From Methanotrichaceae archaeon (GTDB lineage: Archaea > Halobacteriota > Methanosarcinia > Methanotrichales > Methanotrichaceae): DNA of 64,000 nt. The stretch covers positions 32,001 through 96,000 of the forward strand of contig CAVWIG010000017.1 in NCBI GenBank assembly GCA_963754945.1, in the 5' to 3' direction. A model generated the notes under the pieces. The model saw only the letters and a list, made by a program, of their open reading frames with translations. It was not told where the DNA came from and made no database searches. The first letter of the stretch is position 1. Every line of letters starts with the position of its first letter. A program made the position numbers and the translations under genes. This document shows, piece by piece, positions 23,039-34,500 of the stretch.

Positions 23039-23782
23039 TTAAATCTCCTCCAGCTCGATGCGGTCACCAACCTTAAGGCAGAAGGCATCGGCAGCGCTTC
23101 CCTGGTTGACCGCGATCTCTGCAAATCCATGGCTGCCAATGGTTATAAGCGGTTCGATCCTCTTGACCTCGGCGTAGGTTCGGACCTGCCTTAGCCTCAC
23201 TCCCTTCAAGGAAAAGCAGCCCTCGGGCAGCTTTCTCATGTTAAGAATGAGATTGCCAAACCTATCAACGTAGATTACAGCAGCCTCAATTCCTGTATCG
23301 GTCTTTTTGGGCGATCCGAAGCTCAGGTCCTTCGGCTTTACCCTCGGGCCGATGCTCGAAGGACTCTGGCCGTTAGCGACCATGGCTGCTACGGGTGCAA
23401 AGACGTCACGACCGTGGAAGGTGTTCGAGGCGTCGAACTGGCAGGCAATCCTGTAGACCAATGGCTGGCCCAACGACTTTGCCGCTGGCATGAGAAGACC
23501 GTTGTCCGGACCGACGAAGATCTGTCCGCCGCTATCCACGACAATTCCCAGACGCTCTGTGCCCACTCCTGGATCGACAACAGCTACATGAATGGTTCCG
23601 GGAGGAAAGTAGACTACTGAGGACAACAGGGCGAAAGCTCCGGCCCTTACGTCCTGGGGAGGGATATCGTGAGCGATATCGACGAAGGTCGCGTCTTCAT
23701 CCTTGAGGTTGCTCAGGATCACGCCCTTCATCTGCGCGGGATAGAAGGAGCCGAAGTCGGTGAGCAGGGTGAATATCGTCAT
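23039..23782 (-). CDS. SAM hydroxide adenosyltransferase (DUF62, chlorinase/fluorinase family)
   Basis: LLTDFG, VVDPGVGT, GPDNG, TFHGRDVFAP, DRFGN. Confidence 0.88.
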   Translation of the reverse strand: MTIFTLLTDFGSFYPAQMKGVILSNLKDEDATFVDIAHDIPPQDVRAGAFALLSSVVYFPPGTIHVAVVDPGVGTERLGIVVDSGGQIFVGPDNGLLMPAAKSLGQPLVYRIACQFDASNTFHGRDVFAPVAAMVANGQSPSSIGPRVKPKDLSFGSPKKTDTGIEAAVIYVDRFGNLILNMRKLPEGCFSLKGVRLRQVRTYAEVKRIEPLITIGSHGFAEIAVNQGSAADAFCLKVGDRIELEEI

Positions 23783-23795
23783 GATCTGATCCGGT

Positions 23796-26552
23796 TCAAA
23801 TCGAGCCTACAACTTCTTTTACTACTATTCCCCTATTCTCCAGATTGTTCAGGAATTTCTGGTATACGTCTCCCGTAATCCCATCTTCCGGGGCTATAAT
23901 TCCCTTCTCTTGGACCTCACCCATTCCAACAAGCCTAGCCCCAATGGCAGCGGAGATGCCTGTAACTCTGGCCATAGCCGAGATTCCGTTCGCTGTATCA
24001 GCCTTCGCCCATATGTAGTAATCGACCCTTTTCTCCAGTCCCGCGGCCGTATTCCACATTACGCAAACGTCCTGGTCGTCTGCCAGAGGTATGAGTTTTG
24101 GCTCTACCAGAGACAGGAAGAAATCTCTTGGCCGGATCGTAGCGCCTTTGAAGTCAAAGGGACCCAGATCGAGAATTCCGCACTCCTTAAGGGTGTCTAT
24201 GGCCTGCCAGTGGCCGGGCCAGCGAATGGTCTTCTCTGCAAAACTCTTTAGCTTGGGCATCGTGTAGAGAAAGCTCGGCATTCCTGGGGTAATGGCGCAC
24301 TCCAGCACCTCGTCCATCCCACACGCTTTGAACCTGAAACTCTCCCTTCCAGTAGTGGCATCCACCTCTGTGATCATTCCGTCTTTAATGATCTTAACCT
24401 TGACCATGTACTCCCGAAGGACGTGGCCGAAGGACCAAGTTATCATGTACTTCAGAGGGTGTCGACCAGCGGACTCCTTGGAGGGTATACCGCCCACGCG
24501 AGCAACAGCGGAGAGCGCGTTCACCTTCCTAATGCCCTCGCCTAGGGTGATGTTGCTGAGGCCGGGAGCAAAGCCCATTCCGTCAAGGATTGTGACATTG
24601 TTCTCCTTCGCTCTTCTGTGGAGGGATTCTCCGTATTCGTCCAGGCTCAATCCTGACGGCACTTCCAGGTTTTCTGTCTCGTACGGGTCCGGCCGCCGGT
24701 GGTATTCTTCAAGCACATCAACAACGTTCAGGCCAGCATCGATGGCCGCCTCAATAGTCCTGTAGCTGGACCTCCTCTCCGGCAGGGCGATGACGGCAAC
24801 GTCGTATTTTTCGTACTTGCTCAATAATCAGTTGATTTTACTAGCACTGAGAATGAGATCGGATAACTTTGGCATAGAATAACTATCTGAGAATATATCA
24901 TAAAGATATTTGTAAAAGCTTATTCCGAGCTTCCTGCAAGTATCGATTATAGAGAGCATGTTTTCCCATGCAAGCTTGCCGAGTTCACTTCTTGTTCCAT
25001 AACTGATTTTTCTCTTGATCACACCTTCTCGCACAGCTATCTCTGCGAGATTGTTATGAAGCGGAACATTTGGAAAATCCAACACCAGCAACAACTCTTG
25101 TTTCTTTTTCTTAGTCTTTGTAATGCGATCATCCAACGTCCCGTAACCAGTTACTGTCGAGAATATCGAATCAAACCTCTCCTGGACATACTTACTCATA
25201 ATTTTATTAGGATTCTCCTTATATTGTGTAAGCAATTCATAGAACTTCCAAAGCTCAGTTAAAAACATATTAAGAACCGACTTATGATGAATTAGAAAAG
25301 GATTCATCTTTTTGTAGTGTCGTATTTCATGTATCCAGCACAGAGCATGGTGTGACGATACATCTATGTACTGCCCGGCATCATCCGAGATAATGGGTAA
25401 ATCTATCTGCTCCTCATCATTTAGCCCAAAGAAATGTCTGATTGTATCACTTCCTTTGGTTTGCCTGATAAAGAAAGCACTAAAGAACTTGTTGCAGACA
25501 ACGTGCAAATAATGGTTATTGCCTTTATGCCTCGCGCCTGTCTCATCAATGTTAAGATAATCAGCCCGATTCACACCAGTTTCAAATAAGGCCTGCTTCT
25601 CTATCGCATATGCATTGCTCTTTTCCTTGGTCAGTATGTTTGAGATCTCGCCTTCCGAGATTATTATGCCGATCTCTTCTAGGATCTTGTGGATCCTATT
25701 CTCAGTAACCCTTCCAGCATAGTAGAGGTAAGCGATGAATGCTTTCAGATGACTTCCAAATTCCGTGTTCTTAAGGGACTCGGCAAGTTCTGCTTCATAG
25801 GTCTTTTTCAGGGACGGCGAATAGTAGCGTTCCAACCAATATTCCACGTTGTCGGTTTCAAATTTTATGTTCTGCTTTATGACCCGTCTATAGCCGTTAT
25901 GCTTGGCATCATGTGGAAGAATCGATTTATCAATTTTAATGTATTCTGTCCTGTCGATTTTTATCTTTGGTTTCTTGCTATCTTTATGCCATTTTTTGGG
26001 TTTTTCCTTCGGCACATTAGCCTGGTATTCAGGATTGTCCGGCAGTATTTTAGGACGGCCTTTCTCACCTTTCATCCGGTTTATTTCATCCTTTAGCTGT
26101 TGATTGTCTTTGCGGAGTTCTTGATTTGACTGGGCTAATTGCTCTATTGTGCTTAGAAGCTGGAGGATCAATTCTTTCATCGCTTCTTTATCGTCGAAGT
26201 TGATCTTGTCTACATCGAGGTTGATTATGGCCTCGTGTATGATATCTGGCACAAACAAAATATTTTAGATATATGTATTAATAATTTTTGGTCCATGCAC
26301 TCACTCGATTGGGGAATTCAACGTAATATTGAGCAAGTACTATTTTTCCATCAGCCGTCTTGTCGCGACTGCATCGATGATGTCCAGGACGTGCGCGCTC
26401 ACTTTGTCACTGGCGATCCATGACAACGTTTTCTCCAAAGACCTGTCGTTTCTGGCGACGATGCCTATTGACTCGATCCCTTCGTCTCCGGCCAGATCCC
26501 TGGCCACAGCAGACCCTATTTTTCCGGCTCCTCCAAGGACAAGAACTTTCAA
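23796..26552 (-). pseudogene. Saccharopine/lysine dehydrogenase-family protein split by IS66
   Basis: N-terminal Rossmann motif GGAGKIG (26340..26552) rejoins ...MEKYDVAV...GFAPGLSN...KTIRWPGH once the IS and one TSD copy are removed. Confidence 0.88.
24813..26340 (-). mobile_element. IS66-family element, single-ORF type (transposase 24828..26258)
   Basis: TIRs gtacttgctcaata/tattgagcaagtac, 8-bp TSD tatttttc; DETG, CWIHEIR and NNLAE motifs. Confidence 0.93.
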
Positions 26553-26586
26553 TCCTTAGCTCTCCTAACTCAACAAAAAGCGATTA

Positions 26587-28241
26587 CTACCTGATTACCT
26601 CTACATCTGACGACCGAGCCACCTTGATCTCCTTCTTCCCGTTGAATTCAGAGAGCGTTCCCGTGATCCTGACATGATCACCGGAGTGAACCCTGGCCTG
26701 GATATCCTTCGCACCAGATCCGCTTGGCACGAATATGGAATTGTTTGTAGTGTCCAGATGGAAGACGAGGTTGCCGCCTGTTTTGGTAGTTGTCATGCCC
26801 AGGACATGACCATCCACCGAGGTGGAAGAATCCGATTTCCCAGCGACTGTACTCTGATCAGAGCTGCCAAAAGTCCAATCTGCCACTGCCAGCGATCCCA
26901 GTGCCATGAGGAGCAATACAACTACGGAGAGTTTCGAAAAACTAATCAATCGAAATACTTATATACTATTAATACTATAATATAATGCATGAGGACTCTC
27001 ATTGATTTTGCCATTCGAGCAGAATATGCTCGAGTAAAAGCCCTCGGAGATGATCTATCCGAGATCGGATCGTTGATCAATTGGGAGCGTTTCAGATTTT
27101 TGGAACCATTGATATACAAAAATAAAACTAGCCGCGGAGGTCGTCCGAACATTGACATCGTGATTATGGTGAAAGCTCTCGTAATTCAGCATTGGTTTGG
27201 TCTAACAGATCCAGAACTGGAGCGACAGGTTGCGGATAGGATCTCTTTTCGTATTTTCCTTGGCACCACTGAAGTAATTCCTGATTTCAGCACAGTTTGG
27301 CTATTCCGTGAACGTTTGATTAAGTGCGACGTATACGATGATCTTTGGAATGAGCTTCAAAGGCAGCTCGATGAGATGGGGTTTACTGTAAAGAATGGCA
27401 CTATCCAGGATGCAACCTTCATAACTTCGGACCCAGGTCGGAAGAGGAACAAGAAAGACGAGCAAGGCGGGGACAAAAAGGAAGGTCAAGATTCCGAAGC
27501 CACCAGTACGAGCCTGAATCAGGAGTTTGATAAAGAGCTAATTGGTATTTCAAATAATATTATTGATGACAAGGCCAAACCACAGAGACTCGAAGAAGAG
27601 CCAATAAATGAGGGAAGTTGGGCAAAAAAGGGTGTCAAATCCTTTTTCGGATATAAAGGTCATATCTCAATCGATACCAATTACCACCTTATCAGATATT
27701 TTGAGACTACAACTGCTTCTGTACACGATAGTCAGGTAGATCTTGGAATTGAAGGGCTACCACGTTACGCCGATAAGGGATATGATGGTGCAAAAACTCG
27801 AGGATATGATGCAGCCATGAAAAAAGCTACAAGAGGTCACAAGCTTGGAATCATAGATCTTCTGAGGAATAAGAGAATCAGTAAAACGCGATCGCACATC
27901 GAAAGATGCTTCGCTGTTATGAAGCGGGGGCATAAGGGAGCACATGTTTATGTAACAACTGTCGCAAGAGCTGGAGTAAAATTCATGATGAATTCGGTCG
28001 TTTACAACCTGGAACAGTTGAAATATTTAGTGCATAAACAAACAGCCTAGCGGAAGCTCTCTAAAAAAGCGCAAAAATTAGAAACAACAAGGTAAATTGA
28101 AATCTAATAAGCCAATTTAGGGGTGAAATATGCTAAAAAACCACTATAAAGATTGAAAATATTAACGCAAGAATTTAAGGCTTCATTAACCAACACTAAA
28201 TCGAAACCCTCTACGATCTTCTCTTCTTTCTGCATCCGCAT
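26587..28241 (-). pseudogene. Membrane-anchored OB-fold protein interrupted by IS5 copy 3
   Basis: MRMQKEEKIV (28241) rejoins VVLLLMALG...GDHVRITGTLSEFNGKKEI. Confidence 0.75.
26927..28211 (+). mobile_element. IS5-family element, copy 3 (transposase 26989..28050)
   Basis: Same element in the opposite orientation; 4-bp TSD tacg. Confidence 0.95.
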
Positions 28242-28351
28242 TTATTGCATCACCGTTCGCTTCGTGAGTTCGACGATGTAACTCGGATGAGAACTTATAA
28301 AAAATGATGTGTTTAGAAAGGATTATGTGTTAAAGATGATCAACTGCGGTT

Positions 28352-28531
28352 TTACTTCTTCTCCGGCTCCTTCTTCTCGCCGAAGCGCTCCTCCCAGGCC
28401 TTGTTCAGGTAAAAGAGGCAGCTCTCGCAAACTCCCTTGTACGCGCCTTCTGGGTTAGCCAGGGTGTGCACCTGGGCCTTTATCGGGTAAAGCGTCGGTT
28501 TAGCAAGTGTACATAGCTCACAGTCCGCCAT
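28352..28531 (-). CDS. fpoO: Short FpoO-like protein (F420H2 dehydrogenase subunit O family), 59 aa
   Basis: Manual translation MADCELCTLAKPTLYPIKAQVHTLANPEGAYKGVCESCLFYLNKAWEERFGEKKEPEKK; matches the DCxLC...PT..P...PEG..KG.CExC pattern; ggag RBS; below the ORF-track length cutoff. Confidence 0.75.
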   Translation of the reverse strand: MADCELCTLAKPTLYPIKAQVHTLANPEGAYKGVCESCLFYLNKAWEERFGEKKEPEKK

Positions 28532-28609
28532 TTTAGATCATCTCCTTCTTTGGGAGGATTGGAGATTCTCATTGTTGAACTTTTCTGTTCGAACGGCAAT
28601 TTGAGGCGA

Positions 28610-29068
28610 TTAACACGAATGCTTCAATCCGGTGAGCCCCGATGGTGGACGGTATTCTTCCAACCCCAAAACAAGCTCGGTCAGCTCAGCTATAGTTGCC
28701 TCATCCATCTCCGATATATCCAGCTCTCGCACAGTGTTGGGAACCTTGATCCCCCCCAGGACGAACTTAGGCAGGCCGCTGTGCTTGAAACCCTCGACAA
28801 CGACATAGTCCAATCCATCATCTTGCAGCTCGGCTAGAGCAGACTCAAGAGTACCCCTAGGCGTCACCTTGAGCTGGCTGTCGCCCAGGCCGATCACAGT
28901 ATCGGCACCCGCCTCGAAGTGCCGTCTGGTGTCACCATGATCGGCGGGATGTCCGACCATGTTCTTGATGGTCCCCACGCTGCCGTGATGTTTGAGGGAT
29001 TTTACCAGTGCAGTGACCAGAGTTGTCTTGCCAGTTTTCTTGGTGCCCACTACGGATATGACCTTCAT
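28610..29068 (-). CDS. mobB: Molybdopterin-guanine dinucleotide biosynthesis protein B
   Basis: VVGTKKTGKTT P-loop, DTRRHFEAGA, VEGFK. Confidence 0.85.
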   Translation of the reverse strand: MKVISVVGTKKTGKTTLVTALVKSLKHHGSVGTIKNMVGHPADHGDTRRHFEAGADTVIGLGDSQLKVTPRGTLESALAELQDDGLDYVVVEGFKHSGLPKFVLGGIKVPNTVRELDISEMDEATIAELTELVLGLEEYRPPSGLTGLKHSC

Positions 29069-30294
29069 CAGCTTCCCATTAGTGCCATTAGGAACTTAGC
29101 AAAGTTCACTAGGTCGTCTATCCGGACGTTCTCGTCCCCGGCGTGGATGTTGCTCTCCATCTGCCTGCCAACTCCATAGACGCACGTGGGGATTCCTGTC
29201 TTATCCGTGGCATACGCCTGGTCAAGGCTGCCCTGGGCTCCCGAGAGCTTGGGCACGGATCCGGTGATTTGCTCTACGGCCCGTTGCACTTCTCCGATCC
29301 AGTGGTGATCTGGATTCATTCTCATGGGCGGATAACCTGGGAAGAACTTCAGGTCCATATCGACGTCCAACGGTTTAACGGTCTTCTCTATCTCAGCCAT
29401 GGCATTGTCCATTGTCTCCTCAGGTATTACCCTGCGATCGCCACGAAGCACACACCTGTCCGGGACTATGTTCTCCTTGATACCGGCATTGATCATAGTG
29501 ATGTTCAGAATGGGCATCAAGTTCTCGATTCCAATGGCCTTCAGGGCAGAGCTGGCTGCAAGAGTCGACCTCCTGGACTGAACAGCTTTCTTCAGGGTCA
29601 TGAGCGCATCCATGACAGGCAGTGACTTCTCAAGGGCATTTATGCCAAGGAAGCTCGAACCGCTGTGGGCCGACTTTCCGTGGACTGTGACCTCCCAGGT
29701 CACTATTCCGTTGGACCCTATCACCAGGTCATCACAGAAGCCATCCATGCACAGCATGTAGTCACCCTTGATCAGGCCCTGGTCGGCGAAGAAGCACAGG
29801 CCAGAGTAGCCGCCCACCTCCTCGTCGGTGGTCAGCAGAATGCTCAGGTTGTACTTTGGCGTGCCATCTTTCAAGAGTGCCTGGAGGGCGGCTATCAGCC
29901 CTGCCACGGCACCTTTGGAATCCGACGTCCCACGACCGTATGCTCTGCCTTCCTTCAGGACCATCCGGAAGGGGTCTGTCGACCAGTCATCGCCAGTCGG
30001 GACGACGTCAACATGAGTATAAATGACCAGGGTCTCCTTTGCCCCTGCATCAAGGCTGGCCCGCAGGTTGACCCGATCGCCTGTAAGCCGCGAGTCCTGG
30101 CATTTGGCCTCGAAGATCTCTTGGGGCATCACTATCTTCTCTGTCCGGAATCCCATGGACTTGAAGACCGAAATAAGGTAATCAATAATCTCGTTGTAAC
30201 AGCTTCCTGGTGGGGCAACCGTCTTGAACGCAATGAGATCTTTCAGCACATTCAAAAGATAGTCCTTATCTGGGCAAAGGGATTTGTCCGGCAT
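29068..30294 (-). CDS. M20-family metallopeptidase (ArgE/DapE-like)
   Basis: HVDVVP, GRGTSDSKG, DEEVGG, IHAGDE. Confidence 0.88.
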   Translation of the reverse strand: MPDKSLCPDKDYLLNVLKDLIAFKTVAPPGSCYNEIIDYLISVFKSMGFRTEKIVMPQEIFEAKCQDSRLTGDRVNLRASLDAGAKETLVIYTHVDVVPTGDDWSTDPFRMVLKEGRAYGRGTSDSKGAVAGLIAALQALLKDGTPKYNLSILLTTDEEVGGYSGLCFFADQGLIKGDYMLCMDGFCDDLVIGSNGIVTWEVTVHGKSAHSGSSFLGINALEKSLPVMDALMTLKKAVQSRRSTLAASSALKAIGIENLMPILNITMINAGIKENIVPDRCVLRGDRRVIPEETMDNAMAEIEKTVKPLDVDMDLKFFPGYPPMRMNPDHHWIGEVQRAVEQITGSVPKLSGAQGSLDQAYATDKTGIPTCVYGVGRQMESNIHAGDENVRIDDLVNFAKFLMALMGS

Positions 30295-30529
30295 CTTATC
30301 TCCTCTGGTTAATTAGTCCAGAGGGCTATTAAATGCTTCTCTGAGCCGAACGAACTAAGAAATTGATTAAGGATAACATTAATTTGTTTCTTCTAGCATC
30401 TGACACCCTTATGCCAGCCCATGGCTGTGTACGCAAGACACTTAATCTTGATATTAATTCGAAGCCGATCATTCTTATTGCACATCATAGTCTTTTAAAT
30501 AAGTACAGATCTAAGATTAAATCGCATGG

Positions 30530-31518
30530 TGCTGTGTCGATTAAGCTTAAATAGTTTAAATATAAATATTATATCATGAACTATGTTGATAATAGAGACT
30601 GGCCAGAATATAATGCCCAACTTGTTCGAAGAGGCGAATTCTATCTCGATTTGAGTTGTGTGAAGAACTGGAGTTGGGAATTAAGAGAAATGAATAGAAA
30701 GAAAACAGGCGCTCCATACAAATACCCTAACACTTTTATAACTTTTGCATCAATAATATACTCTTTTTTTCGAATGCCATATCGTCAACTTGAAGGATTC
30801 TTTGGACGACTTTCGACCTATGAACCAGGATTGGTGGCGGCAGATTATACCACCCTCCATAAGCGAATCTCTAAGCAAGATCTTGGAATAGAGATACCAG
30901 AGAACGACGCTGTTGTTGCAGTTGATTCAACTGGGATAAAGGTAACAAATAGAGGGGATTGGATGCGCGAGAAACACGGAAAGCAGCGGCGAGGATGGCT
31001 TAAAGTTCATGTGGCAGTCGACGTTGAATCAAAGAGATTATTGTCTATGGAAATTACAGAAGAAGACACCTCGGATAGCGAGGTTTTGCGCCCTTTGTTG
31101 AAAGACGTCAATATTGAGGAGGGGTTGATGGATGGCGCATATGACACAAACGACGCATTTGAATTTATGAAATCGAAAGGTGTAGATTGTCCAGGGATTA
31201 AGATCAGAGAGAACGCGATAGTAGGTAAAGATGCATCAGCCAGGTCAACAGCGGTTCTGGAATTCAAAAAAATGGGCTACAAGGGTTGGAAGCAAATGCA
31301 TCAGTACGGTAGAAGGTGGGCAGTTGAAGGCTTCTTCTCATCGATCAAGCGTATCTTTGGTGAGACGGTTCGGGCATCTTCACCCGAAGGAATGGTCGCC
31401 GAGATTAAAAGAGCATTCATTTTGTATAATATACTTAGGAGCATATAAGTAATTAGTTAAAATAAATTATGAATTCTTGAATAACGAAATAATACTATAA
31501 TAATCATGCGACACAGCA
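30530..31518 (+). mobile_element. IS5-family (ISH1/IS903-like) element (transposase 30576..31448)
   Basis: TIRs tgctgtgtcg/cgacacagca, 8-bp TSD tcgcatgg; VDSTG, WLKVH, DGAYD and RRWAVE motifs. Confidence 0.92.
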
Positions 31519-31553
31519 TCGCATGGCTGAAAACTTCGAGGAGCTGCGAGGTA

Positions 31554-32006
31554 ATGCCTAGCCCCAAATACACAAAGATAGAAATAACGCCAAAAGCTTA
31601 CTTGGCTCTAGAGGCAGAAACAGTTCTTCAAAGCAAGACCTTGAAGAGCCTGGCATCAGAGCTGATATTGAATGGGGTATCTCAGGAGTCTTTAGATTTT
31701 GCCCAAAGGGCTATAGCTTCAAATGAAGCTAGTACGAAATTGAACGGCAGCAAAATAACTAAAGTGATCAAGGATATCGGGATAACCGGAATAAAAATCG
31801 ATGAGGCGTTTTTGGGAAAAGTCAAAAAGACGCTTCAGGAGGATGGATACCTTGACACTATGCTGTACGTCGCTCAACACACTGCATCAATTCAACGTGA
31901 CGAGCTTCATCGTGTTCTGACCATTTGCGAGTATCACAAGATTCCTACGTTGCTTGCAGCGGATGTGATCAGGAATTTGAACAATATTGAATCGGGAATC
32001 CTATAA
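31554..32006 (+). CDS. Hypothetical protein, possibly with an N-terminal ribbon-helix-helix
   Basis: gaggt RBS before the ATG; TKIEITPKAYLALEAE...TLKSLASELIL. Confidence 0.55.
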   Translation: MPSPKYTKIEITPKAYLALEAETVLQSKTLKSLASELILNGVSQESLDFAQRAIASNEASTKLNGSKITKVIKDIGITGIKIDEAFLGKVKKTLQEDGYLDTMLYVAQHTASIQRDELHRVLTICEYHKIPTLLAADVIRNLNNIESGIL

Positions 32007-32131
32007 TATCCGGCTCACGTAGCTTGTTGTTAATCCATTTGGCGTTACCAATACACTTTGACTTGTTGAATTACCAATACACCTCAATGGTTGGATCATT
32101 AATCATTTAGCTACAAAAAGGGCAAAAAGCC

Positions 32132-34171
32132 CTACAGTTTCTTCTGCAGGGCTTCAACTAAACCGGGAACTTCATCTGCTCCTGTGGGCACAGCGATGGT
32201 CGAACCATTGAAGTCCATGCCGATGGGTTCGTACCTTCCTCCTAAGTGCTTGGCCAGGAAGGCCTCTGCAACAGCATAGAACGATATCTTGTTCTCAGGT
32301 CGAGCAAACCCATGGCCTTCGTCCGAGTAAATTGCATAGGTCACAGAGAGGTTTTTGGCACGCATCACGTTTACGATCTGGTCGGACTCGTTCTGTCTTA
32401 CCCTTGGGTCGTTGGCTCCCTGGCCGATTAGCAGAGGTCGCTGGATTTTGTCCGCATAGTTAATTGGGGAACGTTCCTTGAGCAGTTCTCTGCCCTCTTT
32501 CGTCCTGTAGTCTCCAACCCTCGATGTCCATAGCTCCACTTCGGGACGCCAGTACGCCGGGACGCTCTCTAAAAGCGAGGTCAGATTTGAGGGTCCGCAG
32601 ATATCCACGCCGCATGAGAATAGCTTTGGAGTGAAAGTCAGACCGGCCAAGGTTGCGTATCCGCCGTAGCTGCCTCCCATGATCGCTATCTTCTCCGGGT
32701 CGGCTATACCCTGTTTGATGGACCAGTTGACGGCGTCGACTAGGTCGTCCTGCATCTTCCTTCCCCACTCCAGGTTTCCTGCATTCGTGAAGTTCTTGCC
32801 AAAGCCTGTGGACTCGCGGTAGTTGACGCTGAGCACTGCGTAGCCGCGATTGGCCAACCATTGGTGAACTGAATCGAAACCCCATTCATCGCGATCCCAT
32901 GGACCTCCGTGAACGTACAGGACCATAGGGACTGGTTTTCCTGGCTTGCTGTCTCCGGACTTGTCGCTGCCTAGCGGCAGGGTGTAGTAGCTTACGAGGC
33001 TCATATTGTCCCGAGATTTGATCACAACGGGAATCATCTTGGCCAGAGGCTGACCCTCTAGCTTCTCCATGTTTGTGAGCAAGAACTTAGCCACGTTCTT
33101 ATCCCTGTCGTAGGAATAGTAGCGTACAGGGCCATTGTCCATTAGGTAAGCTACAATCCAGGTCTTATCGTCCAGAGTTCGATCCAGAACCTCGACATCG
33201 CCGTCCGCGACCTTCCGAAGATAATCCAGGTCGCTTGCTATGGACGGGTCGATGACAATCCAGTGTTTTCTCTCGTAGGTGAAGGCCACAGCCTGCACAT
33301 TCTTCTCTGTGGGGTGGACCATGCTGTCGCTGAAGTCCGCTTTCGGGTCCTCGGCAATCAGGGTCTCATTTCCGGTGCTAAAATTCATGACGAACAGTGC
33401 GGCCGTGTCCCTTCCGCGACTATCTATGAAGTAGACGTCTTTGTTGTTCTTATTGAACCCGAGGGAGCCTGTGGTCAAGAAATCGTCCTTTCCGATCGTT
33501 TGGAATAGTTCCCAGCCGTTCTTTGTGAGCTTGTATATCGCCTCACCACCATCAGAAGTCATCTTGTGGGCCAGCCTAACAGTTAGGTTATCGTCTACAT
33601 CAAAATCCATGTACTCCTTGTTCTCCATGAGAAGGGTCAGGTTGCCGGTTGTGATGTCCAATTTGTACAGGTCGCTGAACTCTGGATCTCGTTTGTTGAG
33701 GGAGATGACGGCATCGTGGGGGAACTTGGGGCTCAAGGCTTTGATGTTGGCCTGTACGCCCTCGAAAGGCGTGAGGTTCTTAACCAGGCCGCTGCTCAGG
33801 TTAACCGTGTATATCGAGTAGTTCTCGTTGCCGTTCTTATCCTGGAGGTACAGTAGGTCTTTGTTGGTGTAAGCCCAGCCGTAATCGTGGATTCCCCTGT
33901 AGGTGTCGTTGGTCACTGGCCTTGCCTTCTCTAGATGGCCGGCAGGTGCTACCCAGACGTTGAGCACGCCCTTAACCGGTGCCAGGTAGCTCATGTTTGA
34001 CCCGTCGGAGCTGATCCTGACCATTGTACGATCAGGGTTGCCGAAGAGCAGATCTCTGGGTATCAAGTGGCTGGTTTTGTTCACTTGTTCCAAGCTCATG
34101 TTCGTCGCCGCGATGCATCCCGGCATCAGCAGGATAGTGAGAATAATAAGAATAATGATATATCCTTTCGT
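32132..34171 (-). CDS. Secreted S9-family peptidase (dipeptidyl/acylaminoacyl peptidase)
   Basis: VHGGPW, GGSYGGY nucleophile, NDPRV, DEGHGF; the signal peptide extends in frame to an ACG at 34171 preceded by ggagg. Confidence 0.9.
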   Translation of the reverse strand, partial: TKGYIIILIILTILLMPGCIAATNMSLEQVNKTSHLIPRDLLFGNPDRTMVRISSDGSNMSYLAPVKGVLNVWVAPAGHLEKARPVTNDTYRGIHDYGWAYTNKDLLYLQDKNGNENYSIYTVNLSSGLVKNLTPFEGVQANIKALSPKFPHDAVISLNKRDPEFSDLYKLDITTGNLTLLMENKEYMDFDVDDNLTVRLAHKMTSDGGEAIYKLTKNGWELFQTIGKDDFLTTGSLGFNKNNKDVYFIDSRGRDTAALFVMNFSTGNETLIAEDPKADFSDSMVHPTEKNVQAVAFTYERKHWIVIDPSIASDLDYLRKVADGDVEVLDRTLDDKTWIVAYLMDNGPVRYYSYDRDKNVAKFLLTNMEKLEGQPLAKMIPVVIKSRDNMSLVSYYTLPLGSDKSGDSKPGKPVPMVLYVHGGPWDRDEWGFDSVHQWLANRGYAVLSVNYRESTGFGKNFTNAGNLEWGRKMQDDLVDAVNWSIKQGIADPEKIAIMGGSYGGYATLAGLTFTPKLFSCGVDICGPSNLTSLLESVPAYWRPEVELWTSRVGDYRTKEGRELLKERSPINYADKIQRPLLIGQGANDPRVRQNESDQIVNVMRAKNLSVTYAIYSDEGHGFARPENKISFYAVAEAFLAKHLGGRYEPIGMDFNGSTIAVPTGADEVPGLVEALQKKL

Positions 34172-34500
34172 ATTTTTTCCTCCAGATCATATCTATTTCT
34201 TCTTTCTCCGAGCACATTCATTCTTTCTTCGTTACCTTTTATGTATCATAAATTAGGACGTAGATAGATATAGACAAGGTCAATATAATAATGACGCTTT
34301 AACCTGTTTAAATTTCATGTCCTAAGTTAAACGCTCAAGCTAAACTAGCTGCAAAATGATTCGAGACTCTACAGATGACGATATCGATTTTATGGGTCGG
34401 CAACGTGTTCACTCTTAACCTACAATAGTCGGAGGATAGACACGCAGTTCCGCTTTGGGTACCTTTGACCACAAGACCTACATCCAAGCAATATGTACTA

